From positions 2,912,001 through 2,976,000 of the forward strand of contig OY760907.1 in NCBI GenBank assembly GCA_963664195.1: DNA of 64,000 nucleotides, in the 5' to 3' direction. Shown piece by piece: positions 49,501 to 58,932 of the stretch. The notes beneath the pieces are model-generated. The model did not search any database. It worked only from the letters and a program-made list of their open reading frames with translations, and had not been told where the DNA came from. Numbering within the stretch: the first letter of the stretch is position 1; the number at the start of each line of letters is the position of its first letter. A program made the translations under genes and the position numbers. This DNA is from an uncultured candidate division Zixibacteria bacterium (GTDB lineage Bacteria; Zixibacteria; MSB-5A5; GN15; FEB-12).

Positions 49501-50949
49501 ATGGCCTATCGTCAGCGTTCTGAGAAAAGAGACAGCAGCCGGTTTGAACCGCCCCATTCACTTGAGGCGGAACGAGCCGTTATCGGCGCTATCCTCAAGA
49601 ACGACGAGGCTATGAACCGGGTCATCGAGATACTTCGCGACCCGCAGGATTTCTACGTTCCCAAACATCAGTTGATCTACCGAACCGCTCTCGAATTGTA
49701 CGACAAGACGGAGCCGTGCGATGTTTCCACGCTCTCGATTGCGATGCAAAAAAAGGGCGTGCTGGACAAGATCGGTGGCCGGACGTATCTCGTGGAACTG
49801 GTAGAAGAGGTTGCCTCAACCGGCAACGTTGCCTCTTATGCGCACGCTGTCATGGAAACCGGCGTCATTCGTCGGTTGATTTCTACATCGAATGAGATCG
49901 TCGAAAGCTGCTATGCCTCGGAGCTTCCGGTCGAACAACTGTTGGATGAGGCTGAGTCGAATATTTTCCAGCTATCTGAGAGTCGATTGCGTCAGGGGTT
50001 CACACCGATTCGGGACTTGATCGACGGTCAGATGCAACAGATTGAGGACATGCAGAACGACGACGGAGCCATGGTCGGTATGGCCACCGGTTTCGTCGAT
50101 CTCGACAGCAAAACGCTCGGCCTTCACGGGGGAGACCTTGTCATTGTGGCCGGCCGACCTTCAATGGGCAAGACGTCGCTGGCGATGAACATCGCCGAGA
50201 ATATGGCCACCGACGAAAAGAACCCTCGCACGGTCGGCATCTTCTCTCTGGAAATGTCCAAGGAGTCGCTGGTGCTTCGCATGCTCTGTGGTCGGGCGCG
50301 ACTCAATCAACATAAGGTCCGTTCGGGCAAGCTCAACGATAACGAATGGCGACGCCTTCCCATTGCCGGCGGAGCGCTCACGAATACGAATATCCTTGTC
50401 GATGACTCCCCGAGTCTGTCTCCGCTGGAATTGCGTGCGAAGGCGCGTCGTTTGAAAGCCCAGCAGCACGGTCTGGACTTGATCATCGTCGACTACATCC
50501 AGTTAATGCATTCATCGGTCAGGACAGAGAACCGGCAGCAGGAAATATCGCAGATTACGCGCAATCTGAAGGCCGTCGCCAAGGAGTTGAACGTTCCGGT
50601 GATGGCTCTTTCGCAGCTTTCTCGCGCCGTGGAACAACGCGGCGGGGAGAAACGTCCGCAGTTGGCTGACCTGCGCGAGTCAGGCGCTATCGAGCAGGAT
50701 GCCGATCTTGTGCTGATGCTCTACCGTGAGGAGTTCTATCTCTCGCACCTTGATCGCAACGATCCGAAATTCCTGGAGGCTCAGGGACGTTCGGAAGTCA
50801 TCATTGCCAAGCAGCGAAACGGCCCGACAGGAGTTGTCAAACTCAATTTCATCAGCGAATTGGCCCGGTTTGAAAATCTAAGTCAGAGACCCGATGACCT
50901 CCCGCCGAATGTCACACCGGTTGGTGGGGGCGAGGTCTCACCGTTCTAG
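49501..50949 (+). CDS. dnaB: Replicative DNA helicase DnaB
   Basis: PPHS.EAE, GRPSMGKT, VDYIQLM, LSQLSR, DLRESGAIEQDAD, KQRNGP; start ATG 49501; no intein. Confidence 0.97.
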   Translation: MAYRQRSEKRDSSRFEPPHSLEAERAVIGAILKNDEAMNRVIEILRDPQDFYVPKHQLIYRTALELYDKTEPCDVSTLSIAMQKKGVLDKIGGRTYLVELVEEVASTGNVASYAHAVMETGVIRRLISTSNEIVESCYASELPVEQLLDEAESNIFQLSESRLRQGFTPIRDLIDGQMQQIEDMQNDDGAMVGMATGFVDLDSKTLGLHGGDLVIVAGRPSMGKTSLAMNIAENMATDEKNPRTVGIFSLEMSKESLVLRMLCGRARLNQHKVRSGKLNDNEWRRLPIAGGALTNTNILVDDSPSLSPLELRAKARRLKAQQHGLDLIIVDYIQLMHSSVRTENRQQEISQITRNLKAVAKELNVPVMALSQLSRAVEQRGGEKRPQLADLRESGAIEQDADLVLMLYREEFYLSHLDRNDPKFLEAQGRSEVIIAKQRNGPTGVVKLNFISELARFENLSQRPDDLPPNVTPVGGGEVSPF

Positions 50950-50957
50950 GAGAGTAG

Positions 50958-51737
50958 ATGAACTTAGGATTAGCGGTAATAGGCCGTCGCGGGGTAAGAT
51001 TCATCAATGCCGTTGGCGGTCTGTGTCTGCTTTTGGGCAAGTTCGTCATATCACTGAAAGACGTTCATCGGTCCGGCAAGGTCATCTTCCAACAGCTCTA
51101 CGCCATTGGTGTCCGGTCGCTTCCGCTCGTTGCAGTCATTTCCGTATTTGTGGGTGCCGTGGCCGCGTGGCAGGCGGCCTACCAGTTCAAGTTTATCGGG
51201 GCGCCTCTGCGATTGCTCGGACATGCGGTCGGCAAGGCGGTCGTCATTGAGCTCGCCCCCGTGCTGACGGCGCTGGTGGTGGCGGGTCGAGTGGGAGCAG
51301 GCATCACAGCCGAACTCGGCACGATGAGAGTGACCGAGCAAATCGACGCTCTTGATTCTATGGGAATCAGCCCGATCCGTTATCTCGTTATGCCGAGAAT
51401 CCTGTCCTGTCTGTTCATGCTGCCGTTGCTCGTGTTCTTTTCCAATTTCGTTGCGATCATCGGCGGGCTGATTATTTCGGTGCTTGGTGTTGATGTTTCT
51501 TCGGAGATGTTTCTCAACGGGTTCCGGAATTCGTTCAAGTTGATGGACTTCATTAACGGCCTGATCAAAGCCGGCGTTTTTGGTTTGATCATCGGGACAG
51601 TCGGTTGCTACGAAGGGTTCCGCGCCAGGGGCGGTGCACAGGGGGTTGGCGTTGCGACCACCAACTCGGTAGTGATATCGTGTGTGCTGATTTTAGTGTT
51701 CAATTTCATTTTTGCCGTGATACTGTTCAGGATATAG
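50958..51737 (+). CDS. mlaE: MlaE-family ABC permease
   Basis: ELAPVLTAL..AGRVG....AELGTM.VTEQIDAL, GA.GVG.ATT.SVV. Confidence 0.92.
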   Translation: MNLGLAVIGRRGVRFINAVGGLCLLLGKFVISLKDVHRSGKVIFQQLYAIGVRSLPLVAVISVFVGAVAAWQAAYQFKFIGAPLRLLGHAVGKAVVIELAPVLTALVVAGRVGAGITAELGTMRVTEQIDALDSMGISPIRYLVMPRILSCLFMLPLLVFFSNFVAIIGGLIISVLGVDVSSEMFLNGFRNSFKLMDFINGLIKAGVFGLIIGTVGCYEGFRARGGAQGVGVATTNSVVISCVLILVFNFIFAVILFRI

Positions 51738-51741
51738 AGAG

Positions 51742-52500
51742 ATGTCTGCACCTTTCATACAGATAGAGAATCTGCATAAACAGTTCCGGGGCCAGTCTGT
51801 CCTCAGCGGTGTGAATATCGACATTGAGAGAGGGGAATCCCTGGCAGTGATCGGTCAGTCCGGCTGTGGCAAATCGGTTTTGCTGAAACATCTGATTCGG
51901 CTGCTGGATCCGGACAAAGGCCGGGTTGTGGTTGATGGCGACGAGTTGGCCGATCTCAACGCCGCCGAATTGGTATTGCTTCGGCAGCGGTTCGGTATGC
52001 TCTTCCAGTCGGCAGCGCTCTTTGACTCACTCAGCGTTGCCGAGAACGTCGGTCTGGGGCTGAAGGAACAGCGCATCTTTGAGGCCGAGGAAATCGAGAA
52101 GCGAGTTACTGAAAAACTCGACTTGGTCCGGTTGAAATCTGCTGCGCTGAAATATCCAGCCGAGCTTTCCGGCGGTATGAAGAAACGTGTTGGCCTCGCC
52201 CGCGCGATTGCCAACGATCCCGAAGTCCTGCTCTACGACGAACCGACAACCGGCCTCGATCCGATTACGTCGGACGTCATCAACGACCTGATTGTGGAAC
52301 TAAACGAAAAACTGAATGTAACCTCGGTGGCGGTAACTCACGACATGCGCTCGGCGTTCAAAATAGCAGATCGGATCATCATGCTGTATCAGGGAAAAGT
52401 CGAGTTCGACGGTACTCCCGAAGAGGTTCGCAACACCGACAACCCAATTGTCAGGCAGTTCATCGAGGGCCAGGCACACGGCCCCATTGAGGAAGGTTGA
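51742..52500 (+). CDS. mlaF: MlaF-family ABC ATPase
   Basis: G.SGCGKS, LFQ..ALFDSL, LSGGMKKRV.LARA, YDEPT.GLDP. Confidence 0.92.
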   Translation: MSAPFIQIENLHKQFRGQSVLSGVNIDIERGESLAVIGQSGCGKSVLLKHLIRLLDPDKGRVVVDGDELADLNAAELVLLRQRFGMLFQSAALFDSLSVAENVGLGLKEQRIFEAEEIEKRVTEKLDLVRLKSAALKYPAELSGGMKKRVGLARAIANDPEVLLYDEPTTGLDPITSDVINDLIVELNEKLNVTSVAVTHDMRSAFKIADRIIMLYQGKVEFDGTPEEVRNTDNPIVRQFIEGQAHGPIEEG

Positions 52501-53882
52501 TGGTAGTATCTCGCAAGACTAAAACGGCCTATTTCTGCAGCCAGTGCGGCGCCGAACACAGTAGATGGCAGGGGCAGTGCCGTGAATGCAACGAATGGAA
52601 CAGCCTCGTAGAGGAACGCGTGCCGGCCAGGAAAAGCACTGCAGCACGCTCCGGTCCGGAAATAGAAAAGCAGACCATCGCCCAGATTTCGCAGGAACGA
52701 CTGTCCGGCTATTCCTCCGGTATTGCTGAGTTCGACCGCGTTCTTGGTGGACAGCTCCTGCCGGGGGTGGCGATTCTCCTCGGAGGCGATCCGGGAATCG
52801 GGAAATCGACGCTGCTGCTTCAAGCTGCCGAATGCTATTCACGTCAGAAACTGCCGGTGCTCTACGTGACCGGCGAGGAATCCCTGCCTCAGATCAAAAT
52901 GCGCGCCGAGCGACTCGGCGTAGTCGGCGACAATATCACGGTTGTCAACAGCACCAACCTTGAAGATACTATCAACTTGCTCTCAAAATCGCAATACGTC
53001 GTGGTGTTGATCGATTCGATTCAGACTATGTCCTCCGGTCAGTTTGATTCTCCGCCGGGGACGGTTTCGCAGGTACGGGAGTCGGCCAACCAACTTGTGA
53101 CGGTTGCCAAGGCACAGGGGTTTTCGCTGTTCCTGGTCGGGCACGTTACCAAAGAAGGCATGGTCGCCGGACCGAAAGTACTCGAACACATGGTTGATAC
53201 CGTCGTTTATTTCGAGGGTGACTCATCGCATTTGTATCGAGTGTTGCGTGTCACCAAAAACCGATATGGCTCAGCCTCAGAGATCGGCCTGTTCGAGATG
53301 AAATCAAACGGGCTTGTCGAAGTCACCAATCCGTCCTCGTTCTTTCTATCGAACGACATTCGTGAACCGCGCACGGGTTCAGTCGTCGCCGGGGTCTGTG
53401 AAGGCCACCGCGCGCTCATGGTCGAGGTACAGGCGCTCGTAACGGCGGCAACTTACGGCAACCCGCAGCGAGTGGCAGGCGGAATCGACAACAAGAAACT
53501 TGCTCTGCTGCTGGCGATACTCGAGAAGCGTGGCGGCTACCCGATGGGCACCAACGATGTGTTCCTGTCTGTCGCCGGGGGGCTGCGGCTTTCTGAACCG
53601 TCGCTTGATCTTCCGATGCTCGTCGCAATCGTATCCTCGCTCATGAACAAAGCGGTCAGCGCGGAAACGCTCGTAATCGGCGAGGTAGGACTTTCCGGCG
53701 AAGTTCGTGCGATCACCAACATAGAGCAACGCATCAAAGAAGCGGCCAAACTCGGTTTCAAGCAGATTGTCATGCCGCAGGCCAACCTTTCACAAATACA
53801 CGACAACGCCAGCCTCCACAAATCCGTGAAACTGATCGGAGTCAAGGAACTCGGCACAGCACTGGAATGCGTTTTTGACTAA
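52500..53882 (+). CDS. radA: DNA repair protein RadA/Sms
   Basis: C..CG...W.GQC..C zinc finger, GDPGIGKSTLLLQ, KNRYG, Lon-like C-terminus. Confidence 0.96.
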   Translation: MVVSRKTKTAYFCSQCGAEHSRWQGQCRECNEWNSLVEERVPARKSTAARSGPEIEKQTIAQISQERLSGYSSGIAEFDRVLGGQLLPGVAILLGGDPGIGKSTLLLQAAECYSRQKLPVLYVTGEESLPQIKMRAERLGVVGDNITVVNSTNLEDTINLLSKSQYVVVLIDSIQTMSSGQFDSPPGTVSQVRESANQLVTVAKAQGFSLFLVGHVTKEGMVAGPKVLEHMVDTVVYFEGDSSHLYRVLRVTKNRYGSASEIGLFEMKSNGLVEVTNPSSFFLSNDIREPRTGSVVAGVCEGHRALMVEVQALVTAATYGNPQRVAGGIDNKKLALLLAILEKRGGYPMGTNDVFLSVAGGLRLSEPSLDLPMLVAIVSSLMNKAVSAETLVIGEVGLSGEVRAITNIEQRIKEAAKLGFKQIVMPQANLSQIHDNASLHKSVKLIGVKELGTALECVFD

Positions 53883-55005
53883 GCAGAAAATCTACACGCT
53901 CAAGCATACCGAAGGCCGCACTCGTCGCGGCGAAGTCACCGTCTCCCACGGCAGTTTCCAAACACCCGCATTCATGCCGGTCGGCACCGCCGGTGCGGTG
54001 AAAGCGATGACCTGCGAAGACCTCGAGGAAATGGGAGCCGAGATCATTCTCGGTAATACCTATCACCTGTACCTGAGACCCGGCACGGAGATCGTCAAAG
54101 CGCAGGGGGGACTGGCCGGGTTTAATCGCTGGCACAAACCGACGTTGACTGACAGCGGCGGCTATCAAGTCTTTTCGCTGAAGCATATATCGAAGATTAC
54201 CGATGAAGGCGTGCAATTTCAGTCACACCACGACGGCTCCCGCCACATGTTCACGCCTGAACGCGTGATGGAAATCGAACACGATCTGGGCGGAGATATC
54301 ATAATGGCCTTCGACCAGTGCGTGCCGTATCCTGCAACGCACGAACAGGCAGCCGAGGGAGTCAAGCGGACGTACGATTGGGCTAAACGATGTGTCAGCA
54401 CACACAGGCTGCTTTCTGAGACCGAAGAGAATCCGCCCAATCTGTTCGGGATTGTACAGGGTTCGGTGTACAAGGACCTGCGTACGGAGTCGGCAGAGCA
54501 GATTGTTTCGCTGGACCTTCCGGGGAACGCCATTGGCGGTCTGTCGGTGGGGGAGAGCAAAGACGAAATGGAAGATATGCTGGCGCACACGATTGAGCAT
54601 CTTCCGAAAGACCGTCCGCGTTATTTGATGGGAGTCGGGTATCCTGAGGATATCCTGATGGCCGTCTCGTATGGGATCGACATGTTCGACTGTGTGCTGC
54701 CGACTCGCAACGCCCGGACGGGGAACGTGTTTACATCCGAAGGTCCGCTGGTGTATCGCAACGCCGACTGTGCCAACGATGACGGCCCGCTTGACCCGAA
54801 CTGCGACTGCCGCGTGTGCCAACGATACAGCCGGGCGTATATCCGGCATCTGTACAATCAGTCGGAAATCACGGGGATGGTGCTGGCGAGTTACCACTCG
54901 TGCTATTTCTACCAGAATCTGATGCGGGGGATCAGGCAGGCCATCGAGGAAGACCGTTTCGATTCGTTCCGGAAGGATTTCCTGGCGCGGTATAACGGGG
55001 AATGA
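53875..55005 (+). CDS. tgt: tRNA-guanine transglycosylase
   Basis: TPAFMPVGT, NTYHL, TDSGGYQV, GGLSVGE, DMFDCV.PTR, C.C..C zinc site. Confidence 0.96.
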   Translation: MTKQKIYTLKHTEGRTRRGEVTVSHGSFQTPAFMPVGTAGAVKAMTCEDLEEMGAEIILGNTYHLYLRPGTEIVKAQGGLAGFNRWHKPTLTDSGGYQVFSLKHISKITDEGVQFQSHHDGSRHMFTPERVMEIEHDLGGDIIMAFDQCVPYPATHEQAAEGVKRTYDWAKRCVSTHRLLSETEENPPNLFGIVQGSVYKDLRTESAEQIVSLDLPGNAIGGLSVGESKDEMEDMLAHTIEHLPKDRPRYLMGVGYPEDILMAVSYGIDMFDCVLPTRNARTGNVFTSEGPLVYRNADCANDDGPLDPNCDCRVCQRYSRAYIRHLYNQSEITGMVLASYHSCYFYQNLMRGIRQAIEEDRFDSFRKDFLARYNGE

Positions 55006-55025
55006 CGTTGGTGCGTACCAATCAA

Positions 55026-55200
55026 GTCACACTGAGCCTGTCGAAGTGTGCATCACTTGATTGGTGTGGTGGCTACGTAGCGAAGGTCAACGCCACGCGT
55101 GGCTGTCTTCAGACCTGCGAGGACACTTGCGAGATGAAGAAGAAACACACCCCGGTCGAAAACCACTCGTGGTTCTCAACCGCCCTTCTCAAGAGGGGAC
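55026..55200. repeat. Intergenic palindromic repeat remnants
   Basis: GTCACACTGAGCCTGTCGAAGTGTG; GTCTTCAGACCTGCGA; CACACCCCGG...CCCTTCTCAAGAGGGG. Confidence 0.45.
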
Positions 55201-55318
55201 GGAGAGAAGTAGGTCCGCGCGCTATTCTCTCGGGCAACTCACTTGACACCTGCTCCTGATTATGTATTGTGAAGTCTGTAATCCAATTCTCCGCCTGTGA
55301 CTGAATCGGGAGGGACTA

Positions 55319-56257
55319 ATGCGGAAAACAATCATTGTAGTGGTTGCTTCGATACTCTTGCCGATATGCTTCATGCTCTGGTGTACTCCCTTGCAGGACG
55401 AGAGTCTGCCGGGTGTTATCTTTCTGTGGGGCTCCAACAGCACAGTTAATGAACCGTCCACCGGGCGCCATGTCTCTGTTGATTGGAATACGCATGTCTT
55501 CGAACCCGAAATACCATGTCAGGGACCAGGAGATACATTGATCTTGGACTCCGGCAATAGACTTAATGCTGTCTCAGTGGACAGTTCGCTTGTTGACTGC
55601 CTTCCCGTTTTGCACAAGTACGTCCCGTACGCAGCACCTCAGTTCCTGTCGGATCTCTGTTCGGACGACTTCATCTGCAGGTCTCTGGATTACGACAGCT
55701 CCTCAAGGAAGTATCTTTGGTGCGGTCAATACGATGGAGACAAAGGCATATTTCTATTAGATTCCTCGCTCCTCGTGGTGTCCAAGATTCCGTTCGACGG
55801 CAGTCCAAACGACAGCACTGGTTACTTTCCCAAAGGGGCGTTTGTCGACAGCGCGACATACGTCATCCTGTGTCAGAACAACCTGTATCTGGTGAGCGAG
55901 GATGGCGGTGCGGAGATTCTAGCGAAGCGTGTCTTTTCTCCTGCCCTTTCGCACGACGGAAGTAGGATGGTCTACTGCCGCAGTTATCGCCCGCGGGAGC
56001 GGAAGAAGGATACGAGAGTGTTTCTTCTTGATGTGGATACGGGCTTGGAGAGCCAATTGGCCTTTCATGGGAAGCAAGTGACTCGACTAGCCTTCTCGCC
56101 GGATGACCGGTGTTTAGCATTTGTGTATCAGACGTACAATCTCGGCAATACATGTAAGCTTGAGGTCTACGACTTTGAATCGGGAGAATCACGCGGCACG
56201 GGCATCGCCGGATGGGGCTCGCTTCTCTGGACTTCGGGCTATGAGTTTCCGGAATAG
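55319..56257 (+). CDS. Hypothetical exported protein with TolB/PD40-like beta-propeller repeats
   Basis: N-terminal hydrophobic segment; 'PALSHDGSRMVY', 'LAFSPDDRCLAF'; GGAGG RBS. Confidence 0.65.
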   Translation: MRKTIIVVVASILLPICFMLWCTPLQDESLPGVIFLWGSNSTVNEPSTGRHVSVDWNTHVFEPEIPCQGPGDTLILDSGNRLNAVSVDSSLVDCLPVLHKYVPYAAPQFLSDLCSDDFICRSLDYDSSSRKYLWCGQYDGDKGIFLLDSSLLVVSKIPFDGSPNDSTGYFPKGAFVDSATYVILCQNNLYLVSEDGGAEILAKRVFSPALSHDGSRMVYCRSYRPRERKKDTRVFLLDVDTGLESQLAFHGKQVTRLAFSPDDRCLAFVYQTYNLGNTCKLEVYDFESGESRGTGIAGWGSLLWTSGYEFPE

Positions 56258-56284
56258 GTTGGCTCGACGGAGTACGAAGTTCCC

Positions 56285-56905
56285 TCACCGCCGCAATATC
56301 GGCAGCAAATACCCGACCGAAACCCTGAAGCCCCCCATGCGCGTGTCCAGGTAATCTCGTGAGTAATGATCCCCGTCGATACTTGACCGGTTCTTTACAA
56401 ATCGCGGGCGGACCTCCGTCACCGCGATCTCAAACGAGTACCATTCATGAAAGCGCAGCCCCAGTGTGATACGCACCCCCAACTCGTCGGTGACGTCCAC
56501 CGACTCGACATCCTCGTAGAACATCAAAGAGTCCGAAGTCTTCTTAAAGGCCGAGAAGTTGTTATGGGCAAACAGCCCCCCGATTCCCACGTATCCGGTC
56601 ATGTGGCGCGTTCCTCGATAATAGAGAAGATCGACCGCCACAGTCGACGTGAGGAGTTCTCCCTTCGGGAACAGGTGGGAATTCGTCTCGGAGTATTTGA
56701 AATCAACTGCGCAACGTACGACAAGGGGATGGGTCATTCTCAATTCGTACCGTGCGGATAACTCCGGGCCGGCACCAACGACACCGTTGGGGGTGGTCAC
56801 ACCGGCGGCGACATGGAAGTTGATACTTGATACGGTATCCTCCTCGACCGGGTTTATAGGCGCTATCGGCAGACACAAGAGGGACGCAAGTAGCAGCAGA
56901 TGCAT
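56285..56905 (-). CDS. Small outer-membrane beta-barrel-like protein
   Basis: Signal peptide, about 8 amphipathic strands, 'YVGIGG', 'GLRF', C-terminal 'RVSVGY'. Confidence 0.6.
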   Translation of the reverse strand: MHLLLLASLLCLPIAPINPVEEDTVSSINFHVAAGVTTPNGVVGAGPELSARYELRMTHPLVVRCAVDFKYSETNSHLFPKGELLTSTVAVDLLYYRGTRHMTGYVGIGGLFAHNNFSAFKKTSDSLMFYEDVESVDVTDELGVRITLGLRFHEWYSFEIAVTEVRPRFVKNRSSIDGDHYSRDYLDTRMGGFRVSVGYLLPILRR

Positions 56906-57121
56906 AGGGTTACTCCGTTTTTAGTCTATGTATTTTAGACGGATATACCCTGCAGAGTGTCTGGTTTTTTGTGGTGACCATTGCTGATCCATTCGGCGGT
57001 CGACATGCGAAAGCAAACCGAATCGCGCTGCTTTTCAGAGGCCGATTTGTTGACGCGAGACTCTGGCCGTAATCTGTTGCGGCATAACGCAAAAAAGCAA
57101 TCGCGAGAGGGGCGAAACGGG

Positions 57122-57149
57122 TTGACATAGGAACTTTAACGAGTATATT
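57122..57149 (+). promoter_or_regulatory. sigma70-type promoter of the ALDH-arcE-like-arcC cluster
   Basis: TTGACA-N16-TATATT. Confidence 0.6.
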
Positions 57150-57168
57150 ACCCGCTTATCTTGGCAAG

Positions 57169-57186
57169 GTGTGAAGAAATTCACAA
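57169..57186. promoter_or_regulatory. Rex/CRP-family-like operator
   Basis: GTGTGAAGAAATTCACAA: perfect TGTGA-N6-TCACA, one mismatch to the Rex box TTGTGAA-N4-TTCACAA. Confidence 0.55.
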
Positions 57187-57238
57187 CCTGTCATTGAGCG
57201 AATGGAGCAAGAACCTATTGAAATACACGGGGTTACCG

Positions 57239-58732
57239 ATGAGTGACAAAGTCTTCAAGAACTACATAAATGGTGAATGGGTCGAATCAAAATCAGGGAA
57301 AACGTTTGAAAATCGTAACCCTGCCGATCAGGACGATCTGATTGGTGTCTTTCAGAAGTCAAACGAAGCTGATGTTGCCGATGCTATCGATGCTGCCGCC
57401 GAGGCATACAAAAAGTGGCGTCTGGTCCCGGCTCCGAAGCGCGGTGAGATTCTGTATCGGGTAGCCAACCGTCTCTGGGCTGAGAAAGAGCGTTGCTCCC
57501 AGGAGATGACTCGCGAGATGGGCAAGGTGATCGCCGAGACCCGCGGTGACACTCAGGAAGCCATCGATATGACCTACTACATGGCCGGCGAGGGCCGTCG
57601 CCTCTTCGGTATGACCACACCGTCTGAGCTTGCCAACAAGTTCTGTATGACCGTTCGTCAGCCGCTCGGCGTTTGCGGTTTCATTACGCCGTGGAACTTC
57701 CCGATGGCCATTCCGTCCTGGAAGTCGATGCCGGCACTGATCTGCGGTAACACCGTGGTGATCAAGCCCGCCACCGATACCCCGATGTCTGTCGTCAACA
57801 TGATCAAGGTCATGGAAGAGGAAGGCGTCCCGGCCGGTGTTATCAATATGGTGACCGGTTCCGGTGGAGCCGTTGGCCAGCCGCTGATCAAGGACCCGCG
57901 CACCCGCGTGATTTCTTTCACTGGTTCAACCGAAGTCGGCCGCAAAGTTGCCGAGTCCTGCGCCCCGACGTTCAAGCACTCCTGTCTCGAAATGGGTGGC
58001 AAGAACGTACAGATCGTTATGGACGACGCTGATCTCGAACTGGCCGTCGACGGTGCCCTCTGGGGTGCTTTCGGAACGACCGGTCAGCGTTGCACGGCCA
58101 CCAGCCGTTTGATCTGCCACAAAGACGTAGTTGAAAAAGTTACTAAGATGCTTGCCGAGCGCGCGAACAAGCTGAAAGTCGGAAACGGTCTTGACGAATC
58201 GGTCCAGATGGGTCCGTCAGTCAACCAGGGTCAGCTTGACACCGTACTGAGCTATATTGAAATCGGTAAAAAGGAAGACAACGCGCGCCTCGTCTGTGGC
58301 GGTGAGCGTTTGAGCGGCAAAGAATACGACAAGGGCTTCTTTGTTCAGCCGACGATTTTCGCAGATGTCAACCAGAGCATGCGCCTGTGGAGAGAAGAGA
58401 TCTTTGGCCCGGTGCTGTCGATCGGTTCCTTCAGCACGTTTGAGGAAGCTATCGAAATGGCCAACGACACGCCGTACGGTCTGTCGGCGGCGATATACAC
58501 GAAAGACATCAACCAGGCCTACCGCGCGATGCGCGACGTCTACACCGGCCTGTTTTATGTCAACGCCCCGACTATCGGTGCGGAAACGCATCTGCCGTTC
58601 GGTGGTACCAAGGAGACCGGCAACGGTCACCGTGAAGCTGCCACGGCGGCGCTTGATGTCTTTAGCGAATGGAAATCGGTCTCGGTCGATTTCTCCGGAA
58701 CAATCCAGCGGGCGCAGATTGACAATCAGTAG
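57239..58732 (+). CDS. NAD(P)-dependent aldehyde dehydrogenase
   Basis: [31 protein letters not shown] (catalytic Cys), EEIFGP, PFGG; start ATG 57239. Confidence 0.95.
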   Translation: MSDKVFKNYINGEWVESKSGKTFENRNPADQDDLIGVFQKSNEADVADAIDAAAEAYKKWRLVPAPKRGEILYRVANRLWAEKERCSQEMTREMGKVIAETRGDTQEAIDMTYYMAGEGRRLFGMTTPSELANKFCMTVRQPLGVCGFITPWNFPMAIPSWKSMPALICGNTVVIKPATDTPMSVVNMIKVMEEEGVPAGVINMVTGSGGAVGQPLIKDPRTRVISFTGSTEVGRKVAESCAPTFKHSCLEMGGKNVQIVMDDADLELAVDGALWGAFGTTGQRCTATSRLICHKDVVEKVTKMLAERANKLKVGNGLDESVQMGPSVNQGQLDTVLSYIEIGKKEDNARLVCGGERLSGKEYDKGFFVQPTIFADVNQSMRLWREEIFGPVLSIGSFSTFEEAIEMANDTPYGLSAAIYTKDINQAYRAMRDVYTGLFYVNAPTIGAETHLPFGGTKETGNGHREAATAALDVFSEWKSVSVDFSGTIQRAQIDNQ

Positions 58733-58932
58733 TCGATTTCTGAGCTAACTGGAAAATGGAGCAAGAAACTTGACCAAGTGTAAATACACGATCAAGGCCG
58801 GAGGTGGTCTCCGGTTGTTGTATCTGATTCTGTTTATCTGGCTGTCATCTTCCATATGATCCAGGTACAACCGGACGAAGGACGGATGAGTAACACGGAT
58901 TTGGAAAACAAAATCAGAACGGAGAATTTGTA

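Noticed and set aside
49501..50949. Intein in DnaB
   Set aside because: Normal length (about 480 aa) with contiguous helicase motifs.
55002..55259. 85-aa ORF after tgt
   Set aside because: Runs through palindromic repeat remnants and has no protein-like features.
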